Shown one piece after another: positions 38,182 to 50,068 of a stretch of 64,000 nt of DNA. A model generated the notes under the pieces. That model searched no databases. It was not told the DNA's origin and saw nothing but the letters and a program-made list of their open reading frames with translations. A program made the translations under genes and the position numbers. Numbering within the stretch: the first letter of the stretch is position 1; each line of letters begins with the position of its first letter. The stretch comes from Nemertoderma westbladi (Eukaryota; Animalia; Xenacoelomorpha), in assembly GCA_032718475.1 (NCBI GenBank), contig JAUCBJ010009113.1, forward strand, positions 1 to 64,000, written 5' to 3'.

Positions 38182-40131
38182 TAATTGAAGAGATACGCCT
38201 ATTCCTACTATTGGAAGAGACGGTAACAATACCTGCAATATCTTACTGTAAAGTTTGTAAATCAAATCATAAATCCGACCTTCTCACCAAAACAGTAAAC
38301 TCTAAGTAAGCGAATATATTGCAGTATCAATCTCTTATAACCGGTGAGGCAGAAAACAGTCTACGAGCAGACAAACTTCGATAAAACAAAATCCCGCGCA
38401 GCGAATCCTAAAATCAGGCTGACTCACTGACGGACTAAAGGGCTCGTATACTTTGCCGCGGTGTGATTTATATAGTTGGGCAAAGGGATGCTAGCTAGGT
38501 ACAGAGGCAGATATTTGGAGATGTCTAACTAGAGCGAGCAAAGTGCAGTAAGGACGAAAGTTAATTTTATATATTTTGAGGTGTAAAGAATTTCTAACGC
38601 GCGTGTGTCAATTCTGAACGGTCAAAGCAGTTTTGCTCCTTCACATATATAATTACTGGGTACGGTGTGCATTTTACGAATATTCTAATTTTATAACTTG
38701 TAGGTCCAATACTCACGAATGATAAGGTTCCTTCCCCTCTTGCGTATTTCCAGGACTCAAATTCAGGCATAGGGTTAATGCTACGCCCAGAATTCGGCAA
38801 TTTTAGGTACCAGGTCCCTGATACTAAGAAGAGATGTGTTAGTTTACTACTGTAGGCGTACGGGTACTAATAGCTATCCTGGCTCCTATCTAGAATTTTA
38901 GTCACCCAGGTAGTCCGGGTAACTTCCTATTAGGGCGTTGGCGGGGACACGGTAGATGTTAGTATATCCCTGATAGCCTCAATTTATTTGCGCCTAGTGT
39001 AAACTGCCCTACCGCCTGAACGGTACAATCCCAATTCAGGTGAAAACACAGCAACCCCCCTAGCCTACAAGTTCTAATGCAATGGACACTGTCGTACTAC
39101 AAATAGTCGCACACACACCTGTACTTAGCAAGAGTTAAGCGTACAGTTTGCTGCACCCTAACCAATTGTATGCCTTGTACCGGTGTGCCTACGTCCTATC
39201 TGCGTACTAGTATCTGCCTGCGCTCTCTCCCTCCCCCGTAGGAATATGAAGGTCTACTGCGGTTTTTTCCTGAATCAAGACAGTACAGCCCCTATGATGT
39301 AATTTTAGGCTTACAGCGTGTCACTACGTCTACCTTTTGATCTTTTGGTCTTACACTTAGGTAGCAAGGATCGAACGCTGTCTAACCTTTCAGGCGATGG
39401 GCGAATAACTCTAGATGGTATTGCGGGTTGTCTCTCGTCTACATTCCCCCGATGTTCCCGTTCATTGCTGCGGCCCGATCTCTAGCCGGCCATCCTGTCC
39501 CTTAAGTTTGTTCACCGTAGTGAATCATGGTAAAACAGATAGAAAAGCAGATTAGCGATAATTCTGACTTTATTACAGAAGATATAATTATAATACAATG
39601 TAATCTGAAATAAACTAAGCACGACAGAATATTGATAAGATAATCTGAGAAGTAGAAGTGAATATAGATTGAGATATAAGATTGAAGTAGTGAACTAATG
39701 AACGAAATCGCACCTTTATATACCAAATTTGTGCCGCAATCAATCGAGAAAATTCTCGATTGTTCTATGGGTTCTAACAGGGTTTTAAAGATAGCTATTG
39801 GTCCAGCTAATATATAACTTGCACGACATTGGTTACAATCAAATAACTACAGTCTCATTGGTACAGACAAATGCAATTAATTTGTAGCGGTTAATTTAAA
39901 TGAGTTGAAATTCTGCACAAAAAATAATTCGCACTTACTAGGATTCGAACTCGATACCTACTACACATATAATTTCCAACGCTCTACCAACTGAGCTACT
40001 GAACCACTTGACCGATAGGCGCACAAATGATAGAACCAATACGAATGAGAACTCAAAGCAATCTTTACAAAGTTAATTCGAATAAAATAAAATTTTGAAA
40101 ATCCACGGCATTTAGGGAATATAATTCTATA
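38182..40131 (-). repeat. Inner element 5' LTR (1950 bp), TA...TA termini
   Basis: Minus strand TATAGAATT...CTTCAATTA, flanked by TSD CGGAC. Confidence 0.95.
39919..40005 (-). ncRNA. tRNA-derived Pol III-type unit inside the inner 5' LTR
   Basis: Copy of 24968-25054 (A box, B box, T6). Confidence 0.65.
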
Positions 40132-43100
40132 CGGACTCCCGTTTGATTTATCAGAAGCTGCCTGGGAAGACATACACCGGATGGGAGTAGCCAAAGAAAC
40201 CATAGATCCCGCTGTGTGGAAGAGGTCCGCAGCCGGATACGCACAGGGATTCTTCAGCTCTATGGAGCGAGTAGAAAAACAACTGTTACAACAACCTCAG
40301 GGACCTCAAGAGCAGGGACAGCTGCTTTATCAAGTAAGAGAAAGAATTCTACGAATCAGGTTAATATTATCGGCCTTTGAGGAGGCTTCTAAACGAAGAC
40401 AAGACACGTCGTTGCAAGTTGCCGTAAAAACTTGGTTTCAACGGGTGAGTCGCCAGGTTCAAGGAACAGCTCAGTGGAAAGCTCAGCTAGAGGAGCGATC
40501 AACCCATGGAGAATCAACAGACGCTACTTTTTCCCAAGTGGAAAGTGAAGCGACGGCAGAGAAACCGCATAAGAGGGATGCCATTGACATCTATCTGTCG
40601 GACTATCAACGTTTTTTAGGTAATGACGAGTTGAGGAGAAGGTTAGAGGGACTTAGCCCTAATAGTGAAGGAACCAAGCTTGTGTTGGATGCCATCGATG
40701 TGGAAATGAGAGCTGCGAATCAGGCTAAATTCGATGAACAACTCCGCATCGCTAGAGACCAAGAGGAAAGGGTTAAGAAAAAACGTATAGAAGACAGAAA
40801 GGCAGCGGCAGTAGCAGCAGCAGTGGCATCGGCAGAAGCGGAAAGAAAGGCGGCAGCGGCAGAGGCAGAAGCGGGAAGAAAGGCGGCAGCGGCAGAAGCC
40901 GAAGCGGAAAGAAAGGCGGCAGCGGCAGAGGCCGAAGCGGAAAGAAAGGCGACAGCGGCAGAGGCCGAAGTGGAAAGAAAAGTGGCAGAGGCAGTAGCAG
41001 AAGCAGAACGGAGAGCGACTGAAGAAATCACCCAGTTAGAATTGGAAAACATTCAGGAGAATCAAGACTGCATAAATAAACAGTTAACAGCTAGCAATAT
41101 GCAGATGATGAATCGATCTACTCCCAAACGACAGGGATATACATCATCTGAGGAAGGTGATACCACCGATACTGAAGGCAAAGGAAATAGATCTCGTTTA
41201 AGCAGACGTAAAAGAACATTCCACCGTCAGAAATTGCCTGATTTGCCTCCAGCTGTTAGAAGGCAACTAAATAACACCAACTTAGGTAGTACAGAGCCCA
41301 CAGACCAAATAATTAAAATAGAAAGACTCCCTACTATAGTAGATGAGCCTGAAATAATTAGGCCTGTTCTTGAAATCACCCCTTCGGTGATAGACATACC
41401 TGTGCTCCCTGAGACTACCTCTAAATTCCCTTTGCATAGCACTAAGCTACCTGTGCCCCGTAGAACTGCCCCGGATACAGTTCAGGTCCTGGACCCCGAG
41501 CGAATTATTCATAATTTGTCGCCCGTTGTCCCTCGTCCGCCCGCTACAACGTTGGCGACTCCCGCTTCGGCGGTCGAATGGGTGGACGAGAGACGGCGGG
41601 GGATGGATATCCTGCTCGGGCAGATGCAGGAGACTGTCCAGCAATTCAAGGGCACAGTAAGGGAAAGTAGGCTAGAGTTGCAAGAAGTGCAGCAAAGTAT
41701 CGCGCTCGAACGCGATAAATTAGTAAACACACAAAGGGGTATACCACCACCCTCAGTAACAATGTGTCAACCTGTTAGGTCTGAAGTATCTCATGCGCAA
41801 GGTGTGGAGCCTACACGCATATATACTGCTAGCGAAGTCGAAACTCCTATAGTGAACCCTATTAAGGGTAATTATATGCCTGTTGATAATGACATTCCCT
41901 ATAGAGTTTATCATAATCCGAGAAATTTATATACCGATAACTCGATATTAAATAACACGATGGCCCAAGAAAGTTTTACGCGTCAAATGGCTAGAACCGA
42001 AGCCCGGCAAGCGGTGAAGGTGGGAGAGATAGTCAAATTCAATGGAGATGAGATGAAATGGTTACCTTTTAATGAATATTACAAAGATAACATACAGAAC
42101 TCTGTACTATCTAATGGAGAAAAACTTAGATACCTCATCGAGTGCTTGGAAGGATCTCCCAAGTTAATGGCGTTAAAGTTTATTGGACATCCAGACGGAT
42201 TAAGACAAGTTTGGGACACACTAAACATCAGGTATGGTAATAGGAATAATATCGCTAAGTATTTATATGCAAAATTAGTAGCGCCCAGAAAGTTCATCAG
42301 CAGTGGGATAATAGAGTTTTCCGATGAGATTCAAGTGATCTGTAGACAATTAGATTGGTTAGGTAAGTCTCATGAATACCAAAGTTCTATGGTCATTGGA
42401 GCTGTGGCTTCTACTTTACCGAAAGGTGGGGTAGGCACACGCTGGGATAAGAAAGTACTATATATGATGGAACAACAACGACGAGACCCTACCATGGCTG
42501 ATCTCATGTCATTCTTGGATGGAGAAGTGAAATTGCAACTCCTCAAGCAGTCCCGAGAGAAGACACCGGAAAACAAGGTAAGTGAAAAACCCGTCTCTAG
42601 GAGAAAGGTAACACCAGTGTGTTATACAGACGACGGCGAAAGCCAGACTTCTCAAGGAGAAGATAGCGGGAAAGACACTGATAGATCTTATTATGTCAAT
42701 AAAATGCCTAAAGATCAGGTAAGTAAATTCAAGTCTCGAGCAAATGACAGGAGAGAACCGATAAGAAAAACTCCTCCCACGTCTCCCAAGAGAATTCAGG
42801 TGAGAAAGCCCGAAGAAAAGGCAAGTCTACACAATGTGACTCAGAATAAAGTAAGTAACATCAAACCGAAATGTGCGCTGTGTGACGGGACCCACCATTT
42901 GAATAGGTGTGATGAATTTCTAAAGAAATCATTAACGGAGAGACGCGAAGTCATGTGGGATAAGCGGTTATGTTATAATTGCCTCAGACAAGGACACCAA
43001 CGGCGAACCTGTTTCTCTGACATAAGGTGTGCAAAGTGTGGTGCGAAACATCATATCTTGTTGCACGCTGAATTCGATCGAAATAGTCCGAATCAGGTAA

Positions 43101-44704
43101 GTGATTCCGAGCTACATGTCCAATTCAGTGATGTGAACGACACTGATCAATCTGAGATGGAAGGATTCTATACAGACGAGTTCTCCGACGAAAACGAATC
43201 CTGTTACATGATAAATACCGCAGTGTATCGAGCACTCACATATGAAAAAGATACAGACAACGACTTTACTCTAACTACTTCTGAGCGACAACCATCTTGG
43301 AAAGAGCCATCTTCCAATGTAGGGATCCGAGAGTTTCCTGTGGTGCAAGTAAGGGTTCACGGACCTGAGAGGAGTTATGTAGTGAACGCCCTCCTTGACT
43401 CCGGTAGTACAGGAACATTCATCGACAAAGAGCTAGCCGAAGATATATTTGCTGGACAACCCAAGTTCCAAACTAAGCTCAACATGTCCGGCATTATGCA
43501 AGTTTGGAAATCTACAATAACAGCTGATTATTATGTAGGCGCGTTGTCCACCCCACAAGACGAACTAGGAGAACATAGCATAAGGTCAGTGAAAATGGTA
43601 GCTATAAAGAACTTCGCTACTACTCAAGCAGACCTTTATAATTGGGACGAGGATGAGAGCATCCAACATCTTAACATACCTCGATTCCAGACTGATTATC
43701 CTGGAGTGCAAATACTCATCGGCCAAAACGCGCATGAGGCGCTGGAGACATTAGAGAAACGGCCTGCTCAACCGCAGCCACTACAGACCTATGCGGTAAG
43801 AACTAGAGTAGGTTGGTACTTTACTGGCCCTTCCCGTAGAACACTCAGAGAAAGACTACCGCCAGAGAGCGTATGCCAGGTGAGTGAATGGGAAGATGAT
43901 ACCAGTGAGGGAGACAACTTAACTGAGGGAACTCCATACTCCTCAGATAATGACGACGTTCACCAGCTTTTTGATGAGGAGAATACCATCGATCTCCTTA
44001 AGGAAAACGAGGCTTGGCAAAACCAAGTGAACTTATGTCAACTTCTCTATCCATCTGAACGAGAAGCTTACAACGACGAGTTAAATGACGTCATTGAGCG
44101 TTGCAATGCCAAGACTCGAGATGAACATGCTGTACGATTCTTTACGCAAGAGGCGGTAGAGCCCAATTCCTACGATAAAGCCTTGTCGGTGGAAGAGGAA
44201 AGGGCCAAGCAGATCCAAGAGACAACTACACGTTTCCTCAAAGATCAAGGAAGGTACGAAGTCGGTTTACCTTTTCGCAAGAGAGAACCGAAGTTCATCA
44301 ATAACAGACCTTTGGCGGAAAAAAGAATCGCGCAACTCCATCGACGCCTTACGGCTAATTCTTCAGCTAAAGCAATGTATCAAACGCAGCTGGAAAAATT
44401 TATTAGTAAGGGATACGCAGAGAGAGTACCGGAAGAAACACCTATGACTGAAAGAACGTATTACTTAACTCACCATTACGTTCCTAAACCCGGTAAGCCA
44501 CACGAAGTGAGAGTAGTGTTTGATGGCTCCGCTCTTTACATGGGTCAATCCCTTAACTCTGAATTGTTACCCGAACCCAACTTGCTTCAATCTTTGTTGG
44601 GAATTCTTTTAAGATTGAGACAATATTCGATTGCTTTCGCCTCCGATATAGAAGGCATGTTCTTACAAGTCAAGGTGCTAGATAGGGATCGAGATAGTAA
44701 TTAA
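40132..44704 (+). pseudogene. gag-pol: Outer element Gag-protease-partial RT, truncated
   Basis: KAAAAEAEAER repeats, KFNGDEMKW Gag core, knuckles CALCDGTHHLNRC / CYNCLRQGHQRRTC / CAKCGAKHHILLH, protease LLDSGS, and RT start YLTHH..RVVFD..SDIEGMFLQV. Ends abruptly before YxDD, with no RNase H or integrase. Confidence 0.93.
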
Positions 44705-45627
44705 ATAAATAATAAGCAAATATTAATTATTTAATATTTGCAAATCTAATAAATCAAAATCTGTAAATTCAGATCCTTCAACAATTCTAGTCAATTAAGA
44801 TATCGTAGCATTTACCGATATTCTTAAAAAGACAATTGTCATAGAATTAAGGATCTTGTGTCCCCAGACATATTCTAGAATCAAAATATGTCCATTTAAT
44901 TATCAAATAATAAAATTTCAGGGAATAATTTAAATTCATGCCTTTTAATGAATTTAATAAATTGCCATTTTTACGCAATTTATAACATTCCCAAAATTCC
45001 ATTAATTAATAGATCAAGGGAGCGGAGATTTATCTTATTATGCCTATGAGTGTGCGAAAGTCTCCCAAACATAGTCAATAGCCGATAAAATTCATAAAGT
45101 CATGTATAAAACCGAACATTGACTATTAAAGAATACTATTAAATAACATCCCAGATCTGTATGCATTGGAATTACCCTAATTCTACCGCTAGCTTTGCAT
45201 AATGTCACCATAGCAACAACCACGCTAGAATTAGAATTGAGTTAAAAGAACAATAGAAAGCTTGTCCCATTGAATAGCATAGGGAATAAATAGCGCACTA
45301 CTAGTATCCAAGGATACATAATAATACAGTGACATTCTGGAAGGCATTGACTAACGGACAAATGGCCCGAATGTGCGTAGTTGTGACCAGTTGTGTGGTA
45401 TTTGTGAGTTTATAGGTGAATGTTACTGCTAAGGTGTGTTTACAGTAGCTAGTCGCAATCGTAAAAGTAACCTAACTCTCCAAGGAAAACCTGAAGTACA
45501 TCTAAGCCTTTGGGACGGACAGTTGAGTGACTTGTGCCGGTTGTCGTTGTCGTTGTGCGGCTACGTCGTTGGCGAAAGTACAGCGGCGACGACACATCGG
45601 CGCTGAGGATCTCGTACTGTCCGGGGG

Positions 45628-47040
45628 TTGATTGGGGTAGGCAGCGACGCCCGCTCGCCTAAATGTGGACTCATTATAATATGGACAAACTCATATATAG
45701 CAAATATGACGGAGTTGATAGAAGATGGTCTTGGTATCGGGGAGCGATATACTCTACTTTTACAAGCGTTTGTTGATAGCTTAATACGCGGCGACGTTAG
45801 TCCAACTGCTGCGGAGGACGATGGTCGTTATATCGAACCGCCAATGTCCCAAGAGCAGCTCACGCGTGAGTTGGACTACAGAAAATTCGCTGCTCGATAT
45901 ACGCAGCGTAATGGTACGTATATGGGCTTCTTAACTACTGGTCATCCTATCGATTTACACAATACGGACTATGTCGACTATATATCCTGCCCAGCGGAGT
46001 CGGAACCATAAACTGAAATTCGAATGCGAAAATTCTATTCGAAATCGACTCGAAAGAAAAGACACTAAAGAAACAAATGGACGCGGTAACTCCAACGTAT
46101 ATTTGGAATTCTTGATAGAAGCATTGTAACAATAAATAAATATCACCGCGTTTACCTTACCAGACGTGCGTCTTTGGTATTATTACGATAAATGCCCTAG
46201 ACCCAACTAATAAACGGAAAGACATAAACATCCACGGAAACCGAAACTTGTTGACGTATCACCTATGCTCACTCGGCTCGAACGATCCTGGAGTAAACCT
46301 ACGATCAGAGTCCCGGAATACTCGGTCAAACCTCCTCATTCCTTAGTTGGACCTCAGACCTGCGATCCTGGTGGTGTCGCGGATCCTCGCGGACTGTATT
46401 CACTGTTCAAGATCTAGTGCTACCCTAACAATTAATCGGTAACACTCCGACAGTGATTTCTAGCTAGCCGCCCATCTTACCTAGCCGGATTGTGACGCGG
46501 ACACCTAATATCATTATCCAACCGGATGGTTGTCCCCGTTTAACGCGATACAACCCCTCATCAAGGTGAAGGAGAGCGTTGTACGAAACGAGTTAAACGC
46601 TATTCTATAAAGATCAAAAAAGAAACCTGCGTTTGTTCAGATAAACGTAAGTTATAACAGTAAGTCCAATCGATAAACGAATTGGCCTTATCTCAATTCG
46701 ATTGGGAAATCCAGAATCTCTAAGAAGTTATCGAACTTGGACGATCCTATTCTCTGCGAGAGTTTTTGGATGAACGTATCCAGCTACGAGCGGAGGAAAA
46801 TCAGCTCGAGGAGAAGCATATCGAAACGGCAGATACCTCGACCACAATCCTACACCTTCTGATGCAATCATATTGCACCCTTCACCCAGGAGTTATGGCC
46901 CTCCTAGTAAAGTGGCTCCCCCCAAAGAGAAAAAGACTCTTGCTAGCCTCAAAAAACTGCGTAAACGCCGTCTGCGTAAGAAAGGCTAACTGTTTAGAGT
47001 ATCTTTATATTTTAGAAACTGTGATTTGTTATATTTTATA
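45628..47040 (+). pseudogene. Degenerate accessory coding region before the outer 3' LTR, function unknown
   Basis: GC-richer, coding-like stretch with ORF fragments 45628-46011 and 46766-47041 and many stops; same position as the inner accessory ORF but no visible similarity to it. Confidence 0.4.
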
Positions 47041-47067
47041 GACTTAAATCCCATTTTCTGGGAGCGG

Positions 47068-48259
47068 TGTAAAAGCTTTTGCGTAATTAGCCGGTTATTT
47101 TCCCTTAAAGTACTCTGTAGTTGGTTTGCCAGGCATAAAAAGGCCGTGCCCTTGCTGTACTGGTGTTTTAGGGGACATAAAAGTCATTTCTTATGTATTT
47201 GTACTGTATTTGTACTTTAGAGGACATAATCCACAATCTCGTGACGCAATAGCTGGATACTTTGAAAACAGTGTCGCTACCATGACGACGGCTAGCAGCT
47301 GATATTGCCACGTCGACGTTTCTTTGTTTCTTTGTTCTCTCGTTGTTCAGGTTGACCAATCAGAGCGTTTGTTGTCTCTGTGTTGAAGGTGTATACAGAA
47401 ACTCAGTAGTTCAGTGTTATGTTTTTGCCCAGAGCCTAAGAACCGGCTTTTGGCACCTCCGTGTTTTCAGTTTTAGTCTTACACTAGTAGGCTTAATTAT
47501 AAGGACATATATCCGTTATCTGATGTCTGATCACTGCATTTATCACAACATAACATACCATACCTAATCAAACAACCTGTGCATACTTTTATATTGTTAT
47601 ACTGCTATTTACTGTCAGTTCTTCATAATATGGTTGATGAATTATTATATTTGGAATAACGATAAATAACCCCGAAACCCAATATTCTTGATATACCGAA
47701 GGTAAGAGAGAAGGGTTACATATAACAATTGTGACTTATGTTAAAGTGGTTTGAAGTGAATCTAATGTTATTTGATAGACCCTACATGATTCGGTCCGTG
47801 TTCCTTTTATATATAACTAAAATCAGTGAAGATCGGCAGATCAGTGTGCAGTATTGTGCAGCATTGTGTATGAGTGAACCTGATAACGAAGCATTTCCTA
47901 AAGAATGCGCCATATATGTGAATTATAACTAAGCCATATCGTTGTGAGTAGTTTAAGTCATAACTCTGTGTATATAGATAGAGCGCCACGTCCTAAAGGA
48001 ACTGTTAATATTTCCCGAAGGTGAATAATATTGTCAGAGATTATACTGTCAGTCGAATAATACATTAAGCTTACATAGCAATAAGATTAAGCCGTCGAAC
48101 CCAATCTCCCGGGTATATCCAGCGGGTGAATGATCGCGCACAGATTGGTTTCGACTAGTGTAGTGAATTAAATACTTGTCATAGACTAAAAGTGATTTAT
48201 TATCTAGAAGACATCCTAATTTGGCGGGTTAAACTGCCAAAGGTCTGAAAGCGCGAACA
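47068..48259 (+). repeat. Outer element 3' LTR (1192 bp)
   Basis: TGTAAAAG...GCGAACA followed by TSD GACAC. Confidence 0.97.
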
Positions 48260-48762
48260 GACACAATCCAAGAAGCAATATACCGTCGGTAAAGGCGATC
48301 CCGCCCATTCAGTTACTACACACCTCTACCAATCAACTGAGATGCGATGGTGGATTGCTCGTATTTTATAGTCGCATCAACGGTGTCATCGCGGTTGGAA
48401 GTGATTATTATTACGGATTCGGAGATCCCGAACGATCTTACTTTCTAGGCGTGAGTAATGTCTTAAGGCTGACACGAGGGGATGATTATTGTTTCGTAAA
48501 GGTCGATTTGGGTAACTCAACGAGAATCTACAGTAACTTTACTGTGGCGCGTGGATATAAGCTAAAGATTACAAATTATAACAATTCACATAATTCTGGT
48601 GATCTTACTAAAGAAGAATACGACCTCACTCGCCCGAATAACACGAAGTTTGACTTCGGTAGCGGATGGTGGACTGGAGGTGGAGGTACTCACCCAAATG
48701 AATGGGACCCGAAGAATGAGAATTTAGAGATGAAACTGAAATGTCTAGAGTTACAAATATAA
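48260..48762 (+). pseudogene. 3' part of the interrupted gene: divergent fibrinogen C-terminal (FReD)-like domain
   Basis: LRCDGGLLVFYSRING..DYYYGFGDPERSYFLGVSNVLRLT..KVDL..YSNFTV..YKLKI..GWW follows the FReD pattern CD..GGWTVFQRR.DG..YK.GFG..EFWLG...I..LT. Confidence 0.7.
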
Positions 48763-49372
48763 AAGAACAAACTGTAGTGTAGCAGTAGGTTACTTATTGT
48801 TATTGTATTACACACAAACATAATTTACATAATTTATTAATAATTTTATAATACAATAATAATACAAATCAAGAATCAAAAATCGCTCGACATTGGAGTG
48901 CATTTTTACGCTTGATGCTATCTTCAACCCGGAAGATAGCATGGGGGAATGTTAGCGGATCCATTCCGCTATGCACTCCCATTTCAAAGTGGATCAGGGG
49001 CCAATTTAGAAGTATTGGCCAGAACAAACATCAGGCTAGTAAGTGAGGTTATCCTTATTTAGACGGCTTTTTCTTTGCTTCCAGTTCCCATTATCCTCCA
49101 TTATCCATTACAACCTTTGGTCGCCTAGCTGTATGAGTCTATGTTGTTGCTAGTATTGCATATAAACTCACTATCTTTATCCCAACAACGGGCTCAGAGG
49201 GGTGGTTTTTAATTGTAACATCAGTGTTGGGGGGTTCTATCACTACAAACTTCATTATCAATTCTAACCTCCTTAACATTGTTTTCCAGATTGTCCGTAC
49301 TTTTTGGATGTGGATGGAAGGATCATGAGTAGCGGTGGGAGGGGGTGGTTGGATGTGTGTGGGGCGAGACAC

Positions 49373-50068
<696 letters not shown>

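Larger units (their letters stand above)
23233..40131 (-). mobile_element. Inner BEL/Pao LTR retrotransposon, full length (16.9 kb), antisense to the outer element
   Basis: LTRs at 23233-25180 and 38182-40131, TSD CGGAC (23228-23232 and 40132-40136), PPT-like GGAGCGG at 25181-25187 (minus), and domain order Gag-PR-RT-RH-IN. Confidence 0.96.
19197..48259 (+). mobile_element. Outer BEL/Pao LTR retrotransposon, pol internally deleted (non-autonomous), containing a nested element
   Basis: TG...CA LTRs at 19197-20393 and 47068-48259, 5-bp TSD GACAC (19192-19196 and 48260-48264), PPT-like GGGAGCGG before the 3' LTR, and a BEL-type Gag/PR/partial RT ORF. Confidence 0.95.

Noticed and set aside
46030-46890. 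SGNH hydrolase remnant in the outer accessory region (GSND and LHPS-like peptides)
   Set aside because: The motifs are separated by many stops and frame changes; not supportable without a profile search.
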